A stretch of 64,000 nt of DNA from NCBI RefSeq assembly GCF_963921235.1, contig NC_086108.1, positions 117,430,001-117,494,000 of the forward strand. Reading direction: 5' to 3'. Numbering within the stretch: position 1 is the first letter of the stretch; the number at the start of each line of letters is the position of its first letter. This DNA is from Mobula hypostoma. Its lineage: Eukaryota. Made by a program: the position numbers and the translations under genes. This document shows positions 25,936-37,500 of this stretch, piece by piece. The notes under the pieces are model-generated. The model worked only from the letters and a program-made list of their open reading frames with translations. It ran no database searches and was not told the DNA's origin.

Positions 25936-25984
25936 AAAAAAAAAGAGGATAATGCTTTCAAGAAAGAGCTGAAACGATTGTCAG

Positions 25985-28900
25985 TACGAAGTGGGGAATA
26001 AAAGGATCCTTTTCTGGTTGGCTGCCAGTGACTAGTGGTGTTCTGCAGGGGGCGGTGTTGGGACCACTTCTTTTTAGGCTGTATATCAATGATTTTGATG
26101 ATGGAATAGATGGCTTTGTTGCCAAGTTTACAGATGATACGAAGATTTGAGAATAGTCCTACGACATAGGTAGGAAAAGGGAGAAGGTCCTGAAAACAGA
26201 CTACAGGGAGTTAGGAAGAAAATTGAGAAGCAGCACCTCAAAGGTAGTAATCTCAGGATTACTGCCTGTGCCACGCACAGCAATAGAGTGAGGTGGAGGA
26301 TAAATGCGTGGCTGAGGGATTGGAGCAGGGGGCAGGGATTCAGATTTCTGGATCATTGGGAACTCTTCTGGGGCAGGTGTGACCTGTACAAAAAAGACAG
26401 GATGCACTTGAATCCGAGGGGGACGAATATCCTGGCAGGGAGGTTTGCTAAGGCTGTTGGGGAGAGTTTAAACTAGAATTGCTGGGGAGTGGGAACCGAA
26501 CTGAAGAGACAGAGGAAGGGGTGGTTGGCTCACATACAGAGAAAGCTTGGAGACAGTGTGAGGGAGGATAGGCAGGGGACAGAGAAGGGATACGCTCAGA
26601 CTGATGGTTTGAGATGTGTCTACTTTAATGCAAGAAGCATCATAAACAAAGCCGATGAGCTTAGAGCGTGGATCAGTACTTGTAACTATGATGTTGTGGT
26701 CATGACAGAGACTTGGATGGCTTAGGGGCAGGAATGGTTACTTCAAGTGCCAGACGTTAGATGTTTCAGAAAGGACAGGGAGGGAGGCAAAAGAGGTGGG
26801 GGCGTGGCACTGCTGATCAGAGATTGTGTCACGGCTGCAGAAAAGGAGGAAGTCATGGAGGGATTGTCTACGGAGTCTCTGTAGGTGGAAGTTAGAAACA
26901 GGAAGGAGTCAATAACTGTACTGGGTGTTTTTTTTATGGACCACCCAATAGTAACAGAGACTTCGAGGAGCAGATAGGGAGACAGATTCTGGAAAGGTGT
27001 AATAATAATAGGGTTGTCGTGGTGGGAGATTTTAATTTCCTAAATATTGATTGGCATGTCCCTAGAACAAGGGGTTTAAATGGGGTGGAGTTTGTTAGGT
27101 GTGTTCAGGAAGGCTTCCTGATACAATACGTAGATATTTACTTGATCTGGTATTGGGAAATGAACCTGATCAGGTATCAGATCTCTCAGTGGGAGAGCAT
27201 TTTGGAGATAGTGATCACAATTATATCTCCTTTACCATAGCATTGGAGAGAAATAGGAACAGACAAGTTAGGAAAGTGTTTAATTGGGGTCAGGGGAAAT
27301 ATGAAACTATCAGGCAGGAACTTGGAAGCATAAATTGGAAAAAGGTGTTGTCAGGGGAATGTACAGCAGAAATGTGGCAAATATTCAGGGGATATTTGAG
27401 TGACATTCTGCATAGGTACATTCCAATGAGACAGGGAAAGGATGGTAGGGTACAGGGACTGCGGTTTACAAAGGCTGTTGAAAATCTCGTCAAGAAGAAA
27501 GGAAAAGCTTACAAAAGGTTTGAAAGACTAGGTAATGATAGAGATCTAGAATGATTATAAAGCTAGTAGGAAGGAGTTTAAGAATGAAATTAGGAGAGCC
27601 AGAAGAGGCAGGCCATGAGAAGGCCTTGGTGAGCAAGATTAAAGAAAATCACAAGGCATTCTACAAGTATGTGAAGAGCTGGAGGATAAGACGTGAGAGA
27701 ATAGGACCAATCAAATGTAATATTGTAAAAGTATGTATGGAACCGGAGGAGATAGCTGAGGTACTTAATGAATAATTTGCTTCAGGAAAAGGATCTTTGC
27801 GATTATAGGGATGATTTGCAGTGGATTGAAAAGCTTGAGCATACAGACATTAAAAAAAAGAGGATATGCTGGAGCTTTTAGAAAGCATCAAGTTGGATAA
27901 GTCTCCAGAACCAGATGAGGTGTACCCCTGGCTACTGTGGGAGGTGAGGAAGGAGATTGCTGAGTCTCTGGCAATTATCTTTGTATCATCAATGGGGACG
28001 GGAGAGGTTCTGGAGGACTGGAGGGTTGCAAATTTTGTTCCCTTATTCAAGAAAGGGAGTAGAGATAGCCCAGGAAATTATAGACCAGTGAGTCTTACTA
28101 TGGTGGTTGGTAAGCTGATGGAAAAGATCCTGAGAGGCAGGATTTATGAACATTTGGAGAGGCATAATATGATTAGGAATAGTCAGCATGGCTTTGTTAA
28201 AGGCAGGTCATGCCTTACGAGCCTGATTGAATTTTTTGAGGATGTGACTACACACTTTGGTGATGGTGGAGCAGTAGATGTAGTGCATATGGATTTGGCA
28301 AAGCATTTGATAAGGTACCCCATGCAAGGCTTATTGATAAAGTAAGGAGGCATAGGATACAAGGGGACCTTGCTTTGTGGATCCAGAATTGGTTTGCCCA
28401 TAGAGTGCTTGTAGACAGGTCATATTCTGCATGAAGGTCGGTTTCTATAAAAGCAAGGGTGTAATGTTGAGGCTTTATAAAGCACTGTTGAGGACTCACA
28501 GAGTATTGTGAGCAGTTTTGGGCACCTTATCTTGGAAAGGATGTGATGACACTGGGGAGGGTTCAAAGGATATTCATGAAAATGATTCAAGGATTCAATG
28601 GTTGCCATATGAAAAGTGTGTGATGCCTCACTAGAATTCAGAAGAATGAGAGCTGACGTCATATAAACCAATTGAATGGTGAAAGGCCTTGATAGAGTGG
28701 AGTGGAGAGGGTGTTTCCTATGGTGGGAGAGTCTAGGACCAGAGAGCCTCAGAATAGAGGGACATCCATTTAGAACAGAGATAAGGAATTTCTTTAGCTA
28801 GAGGGTAGCGAATGGGTGGAATTCGTTGTCACAGGCGGCTGTGGAGGTCCGGTGTATCTAAGGCAGAGGTTGATGGATTTTTGATTAGTCACGGTGTGAA

Positions 28901-29000
28901 AGGTTATGGAGAGGAAGGAGAATGACATTGAGAGGGAAATGGATTATCTATGATGAAATGACACAGCAGACTTGATGGGCTGAATGGCCTAATTCCTCCT
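25985..29000 (+). mobile_element. Decayed CR1 fragments (ORF1 end, APE, RT and a separate 3' end)
   Basis: FLDHWELFWGR..LNPRG, YFNARSI, GDSDHN, NYRPVSLT and QHGFVKGRSCLT motifs. Confidence 0.85.
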
Positions 29001-29326
29001 CTCTCACACTCCTTTTCCGCAGATGCTGGAAATCTTGAGCAGAAAAACACAAAATTCTGGAGGAACTCAGCCATCGATGGAGGGGACTAAACAATTAACA
29101 TTTATGTTTGCCCTCTATGAGTCTGTCTACACTTGTTGCTGTCTCAGTAAAACAGCCATCATAATCAAAGTCCCTGCCCACCTTGGACTTCTGTCTTTTC
29201 CATTAGGCAGAAAATAGAAAAGTCTAAAAGCACGTAACCCCAGGCTCAAGGACTGTTATAAGACTATTGACTAGTTCCCTAATATGCTAAGATGTACTCT
29301 TGACCTCACAATTTACTTGTTATAAG

Positions 29327-29537
29327 GGGTGGAGGGAGGGAGGGAGGGAGGGAACGTTGACTCAGACCATGAGAGGCCTGCGTCGGGCATTTTCATGCCT
29401 TACAAAGTGCAGATTGGAAGTCTGTGTGGGGTGCCACTCCTTGCACAGACACTAGAGCAATGTGTGGTTAAGTGCCTTGCTCAAGGACACAAACACGCTG
29501 CCACAACTGAGGCTTGAACTAGTGACCTTCAGATAAG
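29327..29537 (-). mobile_element. 5'-truncated tRNA-derived SINE
   Basis: The minus strand has a B-box-like AGTTCAAGCC, then GTGTCCTTGAGCAAGGCACTTAACC and a (CCCT)n tail. 11-bp TSD CTTGTTATAAG at 29316-29326 and 29538-29548. Confidence 0.7.
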
Positions 29538-29654
29538 CTTGTTATAAGCTTTAACCAAATTGTTTACCAGGACTGCACTTTCTCTCCAGCGCTTACACTT
29601 TATTCTGCATTGTTATTGGCAATTTTACTGTAGAATGATCTGATCTTTATGAAC

Positions 29655-30710
29655 AGAATCAGAATAAAAATCAGGTTTATTGTCACCGGCATGTGTCGTG
29701 AAATTTGTAAACTTAGTAACAACAGTTTAATGCAATACATAATATAAAAGAAAAATAAATAAAGTGTATGCATATTGGAGATTAAAAATCATGCAAAAAC
29801 AGAAAGAATATATATTGAAGAAGTGAGGTAGTGTTTACGGGTTCACTGTCCTTTTATGAATCTGATGGCAGAGGGGGAGAAGCAGCTCCTGCATCACTGA
29901 ATGTGAGCCTTCAGGCTTCTGTACCTCCTACCTGATGGTAACAATTATGCCCTGGGTGCTGGGGGTCCTTGATAATGGACACTGCTTTTCTGAGACACCG
30001 TTCCTTGAAGATGTCTTGGGTACTTTGTAGGCTAGTATCCAAGATGGAGCCAACTAAATTTATGATCCTCTGCAGTTTCTTTCAGTCCTGTGCAGTAGCC
30101 ACCCCCCCATACCAGACACCGATGCAGCATCTCAGAATGCTCTCCACAGCACATCGATAGAAGTTTTTGAGTATTTTTGTTGGCATACCAAATCTCTTCA
30201 AACTCCTAATGATGTATAGCTGCTGTCTTGCTGTCTTTATAACTGCATCGATATGTTGACACCAGGTTAGATCCTCAGAGACCTTGACACTCAGGAACTT
30301 GAAACTGCTCACTCTCTCCACTTCTGATCCCTCTATGAGGATTGGTATGTGTTCCTTAGTCTTACCCTTCCTGAAGCCCACAATCAGATCTTTCGTCTGA
30401 CTGACATTGAGTGCCAGGTTGTTGCTGCGGCACCACTCCACTAGTTGGTACATCTCACTCCTCAATGCCCTCTCATCTCCATGTAAAATTCTACCAACAA
30501 GGCTGTATCATCAGCAAATTTAGCTATGAATTTAGCTAGGTATTTGAGCTATGCCTAGCCACACAGTCATGTATAGAGAGAGTAGAGCAGTGGGCTAAGC
30601 ACACAACTTTGAGGTGCACCAGTGTTGATTGTCTGCGAGGAGGAGGTGTTATCATCAATCCACACAGATTGTGGTCTTCCAGTTAGGAAGTCGAAGATCC
30701 AATTGCAAAA
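29655..30710 (-). mobile_element. Rex1/Babar-type LINE 3' fragment
   Basis: ORF 30082..30465 (WCRSNNLALNVSQTKDLIV..VERVSSFKFL..FYRCAVESIL) plus 3' UTR and tail. Confidence 0.82.
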
Positions 30711-32224
30711 CTGTCAATGGAACAGTATGTATGACAAACTTTTCACAGTATCTGGTACATGTGACAATAATAACACATCAATTCTAACCAATTAGAATTC
30801 CAAACAGAAACCATCTTTTCACCGCTGCCCTCTCCTTCTATTACCAAACTAATGTTTGATCCAATTAAAAACTGCCAACTATAATTTGCCATTTACTAAT
30901 TTCCTCTTGCATTGGGGGTGTAGTGGAGAGCGAGGAAGGCTATTAAAGCTTGCAGCATTCTCAATCAGCTGGGAAAATAAGCTGAAAAACAACAGATGAA
31001 ATTTAATACAGGAAAGTGTGAGCTGTTACACTTTTAGAGGACAAATAATGTGACCTGTAGAGCACTGAGGTGGGCAATAGAAACAAAGGAACCTGAGAAT
31101 ACAGTCCATAACTCCTTGACAGTGGCATCGCCGGTAGATACAGTCATAAAGGGAGCTTTTGGCACATTGACCTTTATAAATCAGAGCAATGAGTACAGGA
31201 GTTGGGAATAAGCTACCAGCAGAAATGGTAGATGTGGGTTCAATTGTAACATTTAGGAGGTTTTGATAGGTACTGTACATAAATGGGAGGAGCATGAAGG
31301 GATCGGTCCAAATCCAACTAGATGCGACTCGGCAGAAGATCAGTTTGGCGTGGGCTAGATGAACCAAAGTGCCTGTTACCGTGCTGCAGTGCTCAATTAC
31401 TCTACTTGACCTCTTTCCCAAAAATGCAAGACCTGACACTCTGTATTAACCTCCACCTGCTGCAGCACCCCTCCCCAACCAAATTTCCAACTGATCTACA
31501 TTCTGCTGTACCATGTGACTACCTACCTCACGATGCACACCACCACCTTTCTTTGTGGTCTGCCTGCCCACATTTTCATCCGGTCAATTACAGATTCATC
31601 ACAAACAACAGAGCTGCACAATACCACTGGTCACAGACCTCCAGCCAGACATCCACCACCAACCAGTTTTTTGAATAAAAGCCCATAGTGTTAGAGGCTG
31701 GAGATGTGGAGGTGCTTTTCAGGATGGTAGTGATAACTTGTGGAGTTCTGCAGGAATCAGTGTGGAGATCACAACTTTTCATGTGTACATTAATGAGGTG
31801 CTCACATGAATTGATGGCACTGTGGTCAAGTTTACAGATGATATGTGAGAAACAGATTGTATTGTGGAGGCAAGTTGGGAGACAGGTCAAAGAAGTGGTA
31901 GATTGAATACACCATAGGGAAGTGTGGGGTTATGCACTTTGGTAGGAAAAATAAAGTAGACCATTTTCTAAATGGAGATCAAATTCAGAAAGCATAAGTG
32001 CTAAAGGAATTGGGAGTGCTACTTCAGGATTCCTCGACCCTGATCAATTTGTCAGTTGTCTTAACATCTGAGGAACATTTGTCTCTCTATGCCAATACTT
32101 TGTAGAGTTTAAAGAGTAATGGGAGGATCTCATTCAAACCTAGCAGATACCAAAAGTACTGGATAGAATGGACATTGAGAGGAGAATCTCGGAACCAAGG
32201 GCACTGCCTCAGAATAGAAGATAG

Positions 32225-34055
32225 GACATAGGAATCTACAGCACATTACAGGCCCTTCAGCCCACAATGTTGTGCCGATCATGGAACCTGCTGTAGAAAC
32301 TGCCTAGAATTACCCTACCACATAGCCCTTTATTTTTCTAAGCTCCATGTCTCTTAAAACAGGGGTCCCCAACCTTTTTTGCACTGCGGACCAGTTTAAT
32401 ATTGTCAATATTCTTGCGGACCGGCCGACCGGGGGTGGGGGGTGTCCAAGTAGGGTTAAACTCACCTCAACATGTCTTTTACAGTTCGGGTTGCCAACTT
32501 TCTCACTCCCAAATAAGGGACAAAAGTAGCAATCAAATCCCGGGACACTTTACCCCAGGAGACTACCACGACTACGAAGCCTTGCACGGGCAACTGTGTG
32601 CGCATGCGTGATGTGCGCGTGTGATGTACGCATGCGCGTACGTGCTGATTTTTCTTCTCCCCCCCACCCCCACCCCCACCCCCACCCCCACCCCCACCCC
32701 ACCAATCGGTTTTGCCTTCATCTTCCTGACTACACTGTACATATATTATTAATACTTTATATGGGTTGTGTATTTATCATATAATTCCTGCTTTTACTAT
32801 ATGTTAGTGTTATTTATTTTGGGTTTTATGTGTTATTTGGTATGATTTGGAATGTTATTTTTTGGGTCTGGAAACGCTCAAAAATCTTTCCCATATACAT
32901 TAATGGTAATTGCTTCTTCGCTTCACGCCATTTCGGCACGAAAGGTTTCATAGGAACGCTCTACCTTAGCGGGGGAAATACGGGACAAACCAATTTAAAC
33001 CAATATACGGGATGTCCCGGCAAATACGGGACAGTTGGCAACCCTATGTTCAAGTTCAACAATGTGTGACAGGGAATGAGGAAAGGTGCAGCTGACTCAT
33101 ATCGTTTCCTCGCGGCCCGGTAGCACATGCTTTGTGGTCCGGTGGTTGGGGACCGCTGTCTTAAAAGACCCTTTTATATCCACCTCTACCACGGTCGCTG
33201 GCAGTGCATTCCACGCACCCGCAACTCTCTGTGTGAAAAACATACCCCTGATATCTCCTCTGTACTTACTTTCAAGCACCTTAAAACTATGCCCTCTCAT
33301 GTTAGCCATTTCAACCCTGGGAAAAAGCCTCCGACTATCCACATAATCAATGCCTCTCAACATTTTATACACCTCTATCGGGTCACCTCTCATCCTCCGT
33401 TGCCCCAGGGAGGAAAGGCCAAGTTCACTCAACCTATGCTCTTAAATCACGCTCTCCAATCCAGACAACATCCTTGTAAATCTCCTCTGCACTCTCTCTG
33501 TAGTATCCACATCCTTCCTGTAATAAGGTGACCAGAAATGAACACAGAAATCCAAGTGGAGTCTGGCTAATGTCTTGTATAGCTGTAACATTACCTCACT
33601 GCTCTTGAACTCATTCCCACAGTTGATGAATGCCAACACACTATACACCTTCTTAACAACACTGTCAACCTGCACAGCAGCTTTTGAGTGTCCTAGAGAC
33701 ACAGACCCCAAAATCTCTCTGATCTTCCACACTGCCAAGAGTTTTACTGTTAATACTATATTCTGCCATCATTTGACTTACTAAACTGAACCACCTCACA
33801 GTGTTGAACTCCATCTGCCACATTTCAGTCCAGTTCTGCATCCTTCTGCTTCCAATTGGCATAGTTTGCATATTGTTGTTTGATTGTTTGTGGTTTTTAT
33901 ATTGCTATATTTATGCTCTATTCTTGGTTGGTGCAGCTGTAATGAAACCCAATTTCCCTCAGGATCAGTAAAGTATATCTATCTATCTATCTATTGATGT
34001 CCTGCGGTAACCTCTGACACCACCCTGGACTATCCACCTTTATGTCATCAGCAGA
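32225..34055 (-). mobile_element. CR1 3' part hosting the MITE and a short (TATC)n-tailed insert
   Basis: ORFs 33097..33432, 33442..33738 and 33665..33871 encode CR1 ORF2 C-terminal pieces. Confidence 0.8.
32360..33158. mobile_element. Non-autonomous hAT (Charlie-like) MITE inserted in a CR1 3' end
   Basis: TIRs CAGGGGTCCCCAACC and GGTTGGGGACCGCTG; 8-bp TSD TCTTAAAA at 32352-32359 and 33159-33166. Confidence 0.92.
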
Positions 34056-34063
34056 ATAAATGA

Positions 34064-34420
34064 ATCATCATCATCATCATCAGGTGCCGTGCCCAGTTTG
34101 AGCTTTGACTGTCATGGCCCACACACTCCTGTTTCGGGTCAAGTGGATCAATTTATTGGTATTCATTTCCAGTTCTCTGGCTGCTGTCTCAATCATCATT
34201 TGTCTTTGTCTTCCTCTTGATTTCTTCCCTTCAATCTTTCCCATAATTACCGTGCATCCTAACTCCTCTTTCCTAATCACAATGTCCAATGAAGTTATGT
34301 TGCCCTTTCATGATCTCATATGTTATTTCTCTTTTTGTGTTTGCTCTGTTCATGACATCCTCGTTAGATATTCGTTTTGTCCATGATAATCCTTGCATCC
34401 TCCTCAAAAACCACATAAAC
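34064..34420 (-). mobile_element. RTE-clade LINE 3' fragment
   Basis: MWFLRRMQGLSWTKRISNEDV and MGKIEGKKSRGRQR motifs; (TGA)n tail on the minus strand. Confidence 0.75.
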
Positions 34421-34504
34421 AACTCCTCATAAACGAATATCCCTTTCAAACTGAGATGAGGAGAAATTTCTTCAGCCAGAATGTAGTGAATGGGATATTT
34501 GTGT

Positions 34505-37500
34505 CTCCCCTCCTCACTCCCATACACCTGTCCACAACCCACTCCTCCTCCCCTTCCCTTGACATCCATTCTCTCCTCTCTCATCCCCCTCACCTTCCAT
34601 TCTCCCTCCATTCCTCCCCCTCCTTTCTACCTCCTCTAATCTAATCCCCTCCCAACACCTCCCCCTTGCACTATGCCTCCCCTCCACGCCTCTTTCCGAT
34701 TTCCTCGCCCTCCACCACCTCATCCCCTTCTCGTACTCTCCCCTTACCTCCACTCCCTCTCCTCCCGTACCTCCATCCTGTCCTCTCCCCTCCCTTCTCT
34801 CCCCTTCCACATCTCTCCTTCTGCTCCCCCTCCACCTCCCACTCTCCTCCCAGCCCCCACCCAACCCCTTCCTTCTTCCCCCCTCTAACCCTCTTCATCC
34901 CTTCCCCTTCCTCCTCCTACCCCTCCCACTCCCCTTCCCCCTCCTCCCCTCCATCTCCCTTTCCCATCCTTCCACCTCTTCCTTCGTTCCCTCCTCTACC
35001 TCTCCCTCCCTTCTTTCTCTACATTCCCTCCCCTACACCTCCTCCTCTACAAACCCTCCCCTGTCCCTCCGCAACCCTTCCCTTCCTACAACCCCTCCTC
35101 ATTCCCTTCCCTCTTTACCCTCCCCCTCCATTCCCCTCCCACCTTCTCCACACCCCCTCACCCTTCCTCAACTTCACCACTCTCCCTCCTACTCTCCTCC
35201 CCCTCCCTCTGCACACCCATCCCTACCTTACCCTCCACACCCTCTCCCCTCTTCCTTCCCTCCGCTCTCCCTCTTGCACCCTCCACCCACCCTGCCCCAA
35301 CTCCTCCCCTCTTTCCACACCCCTTCCCTTCCTTTATCCCCTCCTTCCCTCTTCTCCCTGCTTCCCCTCCTCCACCCTCACCCTCTCCCCCTCCCTTTCC
35401 CCTGTCCTTCTCCGACCCTCCCCCTCCCTCTTACGCCCTCTCCCTTCCCCTCCCTCCTCCTCCCCTCTCTCTATTCCCTCTCCCTCCTTCCCCTCCCCCC
35501 ACTCCTCCCTCCTCTCACCCTCCCCCCACTCCGTCCCCTACCCCTTCCCCTCCCCTCCCCCACCCCTTCCCCTCCCCACCCTCCTTCCCCTCCCATCTCC
35601 TCCCCCAACCCTCTCTCCTTCCCCTCACCCTCCCCCACCACTCCCTCCTTCCTCCCTCTCCCCCTTCCCCTCCCCTCCCTCTCACCCCTTCCCCTCCCCT
35701 CCCTCCCCTTCTCTCTCTCTCCCCTTCCCCTCCCCTCCCTCTCCCCTTCTCTTCCCCTCCCCTTCCCCTTTCCCTCCCCTCCCTCTCCCCTTCCCCTTCC
35801 TTCCCCTCACTCTCATCCCTTCCCTCCCCTCCCTCTCACCCCTTCCCCACCCTCCCCTCCCTCTCACCCCTCCCCTCTCTCTCCCCTTCCCCTCCCTCTC
35901 ACCCTTCCCCTGTCCCTTCCCCTCCCCCTCCCTCTCTCCTTCTCCTTCCCCTCCTCCCCTCCCTCTCCCCTTCTCCTCCCCCTCCCTCCTCCTCCCTCTT
36001 CCCCTCCTCCTCCCTCCTTCCCCTCCTCCCCTTCCCCTCCTCCCCTCCCCTGCTTCCCCTCCTCCCCCTCCCCCCTCCCCCACTCCTTCCCCTCCCCTCC
36101 CCCTCCCTCCTTCCCACTCCCCCTCCATCCCCTCCCTCTTCCTCTCCCCCCTCCCTCTTCCCCTCCCCCTCCTCCCCCTCCCCTTCTCCCCCCTCCCCTC
36201 CCTCCCTCCTTCCCCCTTCCTCCCTTCCCTCCCTCCTTCCCTCCTCCTCCCTCCCTCCCTCCTTCCCCCTCCCTCCCTCCTTCCCCCCTTCCCCTCCCTC
36301 CCTCCCCCCTTCCCCTCCCTCCCTCCTTCCCCCTCTCTCCCTCCCCCCTCTCTCCCTCCCTCCTTCCCTCCCCGTCCCTCCCTCCTTCCCTCCCCCCTCC
36401 CTCCCTCCTTCCTCCCTCCCTCCTCCCCCTCCTTCCCCCTCCTACCCCCCTCCCTCCCCTACCTCCCTCCTTCCCCTCCCCTCCCTCCCTCCTTCCCCCT
36501 CCCTCCCTCCCTCCTTCCCCCTCCCTCCCTCCTTCCCCCTTCCCCTCCCTCCCTCCTTCCCCCCCTCGCTCCCTCCTTCCCCCCTCTCTCCCTCTCTCCT
36601 TCCCCCCTCTCTCCCTCCCTCCTTCCCTCCCCTTCCTTCCCCTCCCTCCCTCCTTCCCCCCTTCCCCTCCCTCCCTCCTCCCCCCTCCCTCCCTCCCTCC
36701 TCCCACCTCCCTCCCTCCTTCCCCCCCTCTCCCTCCCTCCCTCCTTCCCCCTCTCCCTCCCTCCTTCCCCCTCTCTCCCTCCCTCCTTCCTCACTCCCTC
36801 CTCCCCCCTCCTTCCCCCTTCCCCCCTCCCCCTCCCTCCATCCCTCCTTCCCCCCTCCCTCCCTCCTTCCTTCCCCCCTCCCTCCCTCCTTCCTTCCCCT
36901 CCCTCCCTCCTTCCCCTCCCCTCCTCCCCTCCCCTCCCTCCCTCCTTCCCCTCCCCTCCCTCCCTCCCTCCTTCCCTTCCCCTCCCTCCTTCCCCCCTCC
37001 CTCCTCCCTCCTTCCCCCCTCCCCCCTCCCTCCTTCCCCCCCTCCCCCTCCCTCCTTCCCCCCTCCCTCCCCCCTCCTTCCTTCCCCCCTCCCTCCCCCC
37101 CTCCCCTCCCTCTTTCCCCTCCCTCTCTCCTTCCCCTCCCCTCCCTCCCTCCCTCCTTTCCCCCTCCCCTCCCCTCCCTCCCTCCTTCCCCTCCCCTTCC
37201 TCCTTCCCTCCTTCCCCTCCCCTTCCTCCCTCCCTCCTTCCCCTCCCCTCCCTCCCTCCCCTCCCTCCTTCCCCTCCCCTCCCTCCCTCCTTCCCCTCCC
37301 CTCCCTCCTTCCCCTCCCCTCCCTCCCCTCCCTCCTTCCCCTCCCCTCCCTCCTTCCCCTCCCCTCCCTCCCTCCTTCCCCTCCCCTCCCTCCCTCCCTC
37401 CTTTCCCCCTCCCCTCCCCTCCCTCCCTCCTTCCCCACCCCTCCATCCCCTCCCCTCCCCTCCCTCCCCTCCCCTTCCTCCCTCCCTCCTTCCCCTCCCT

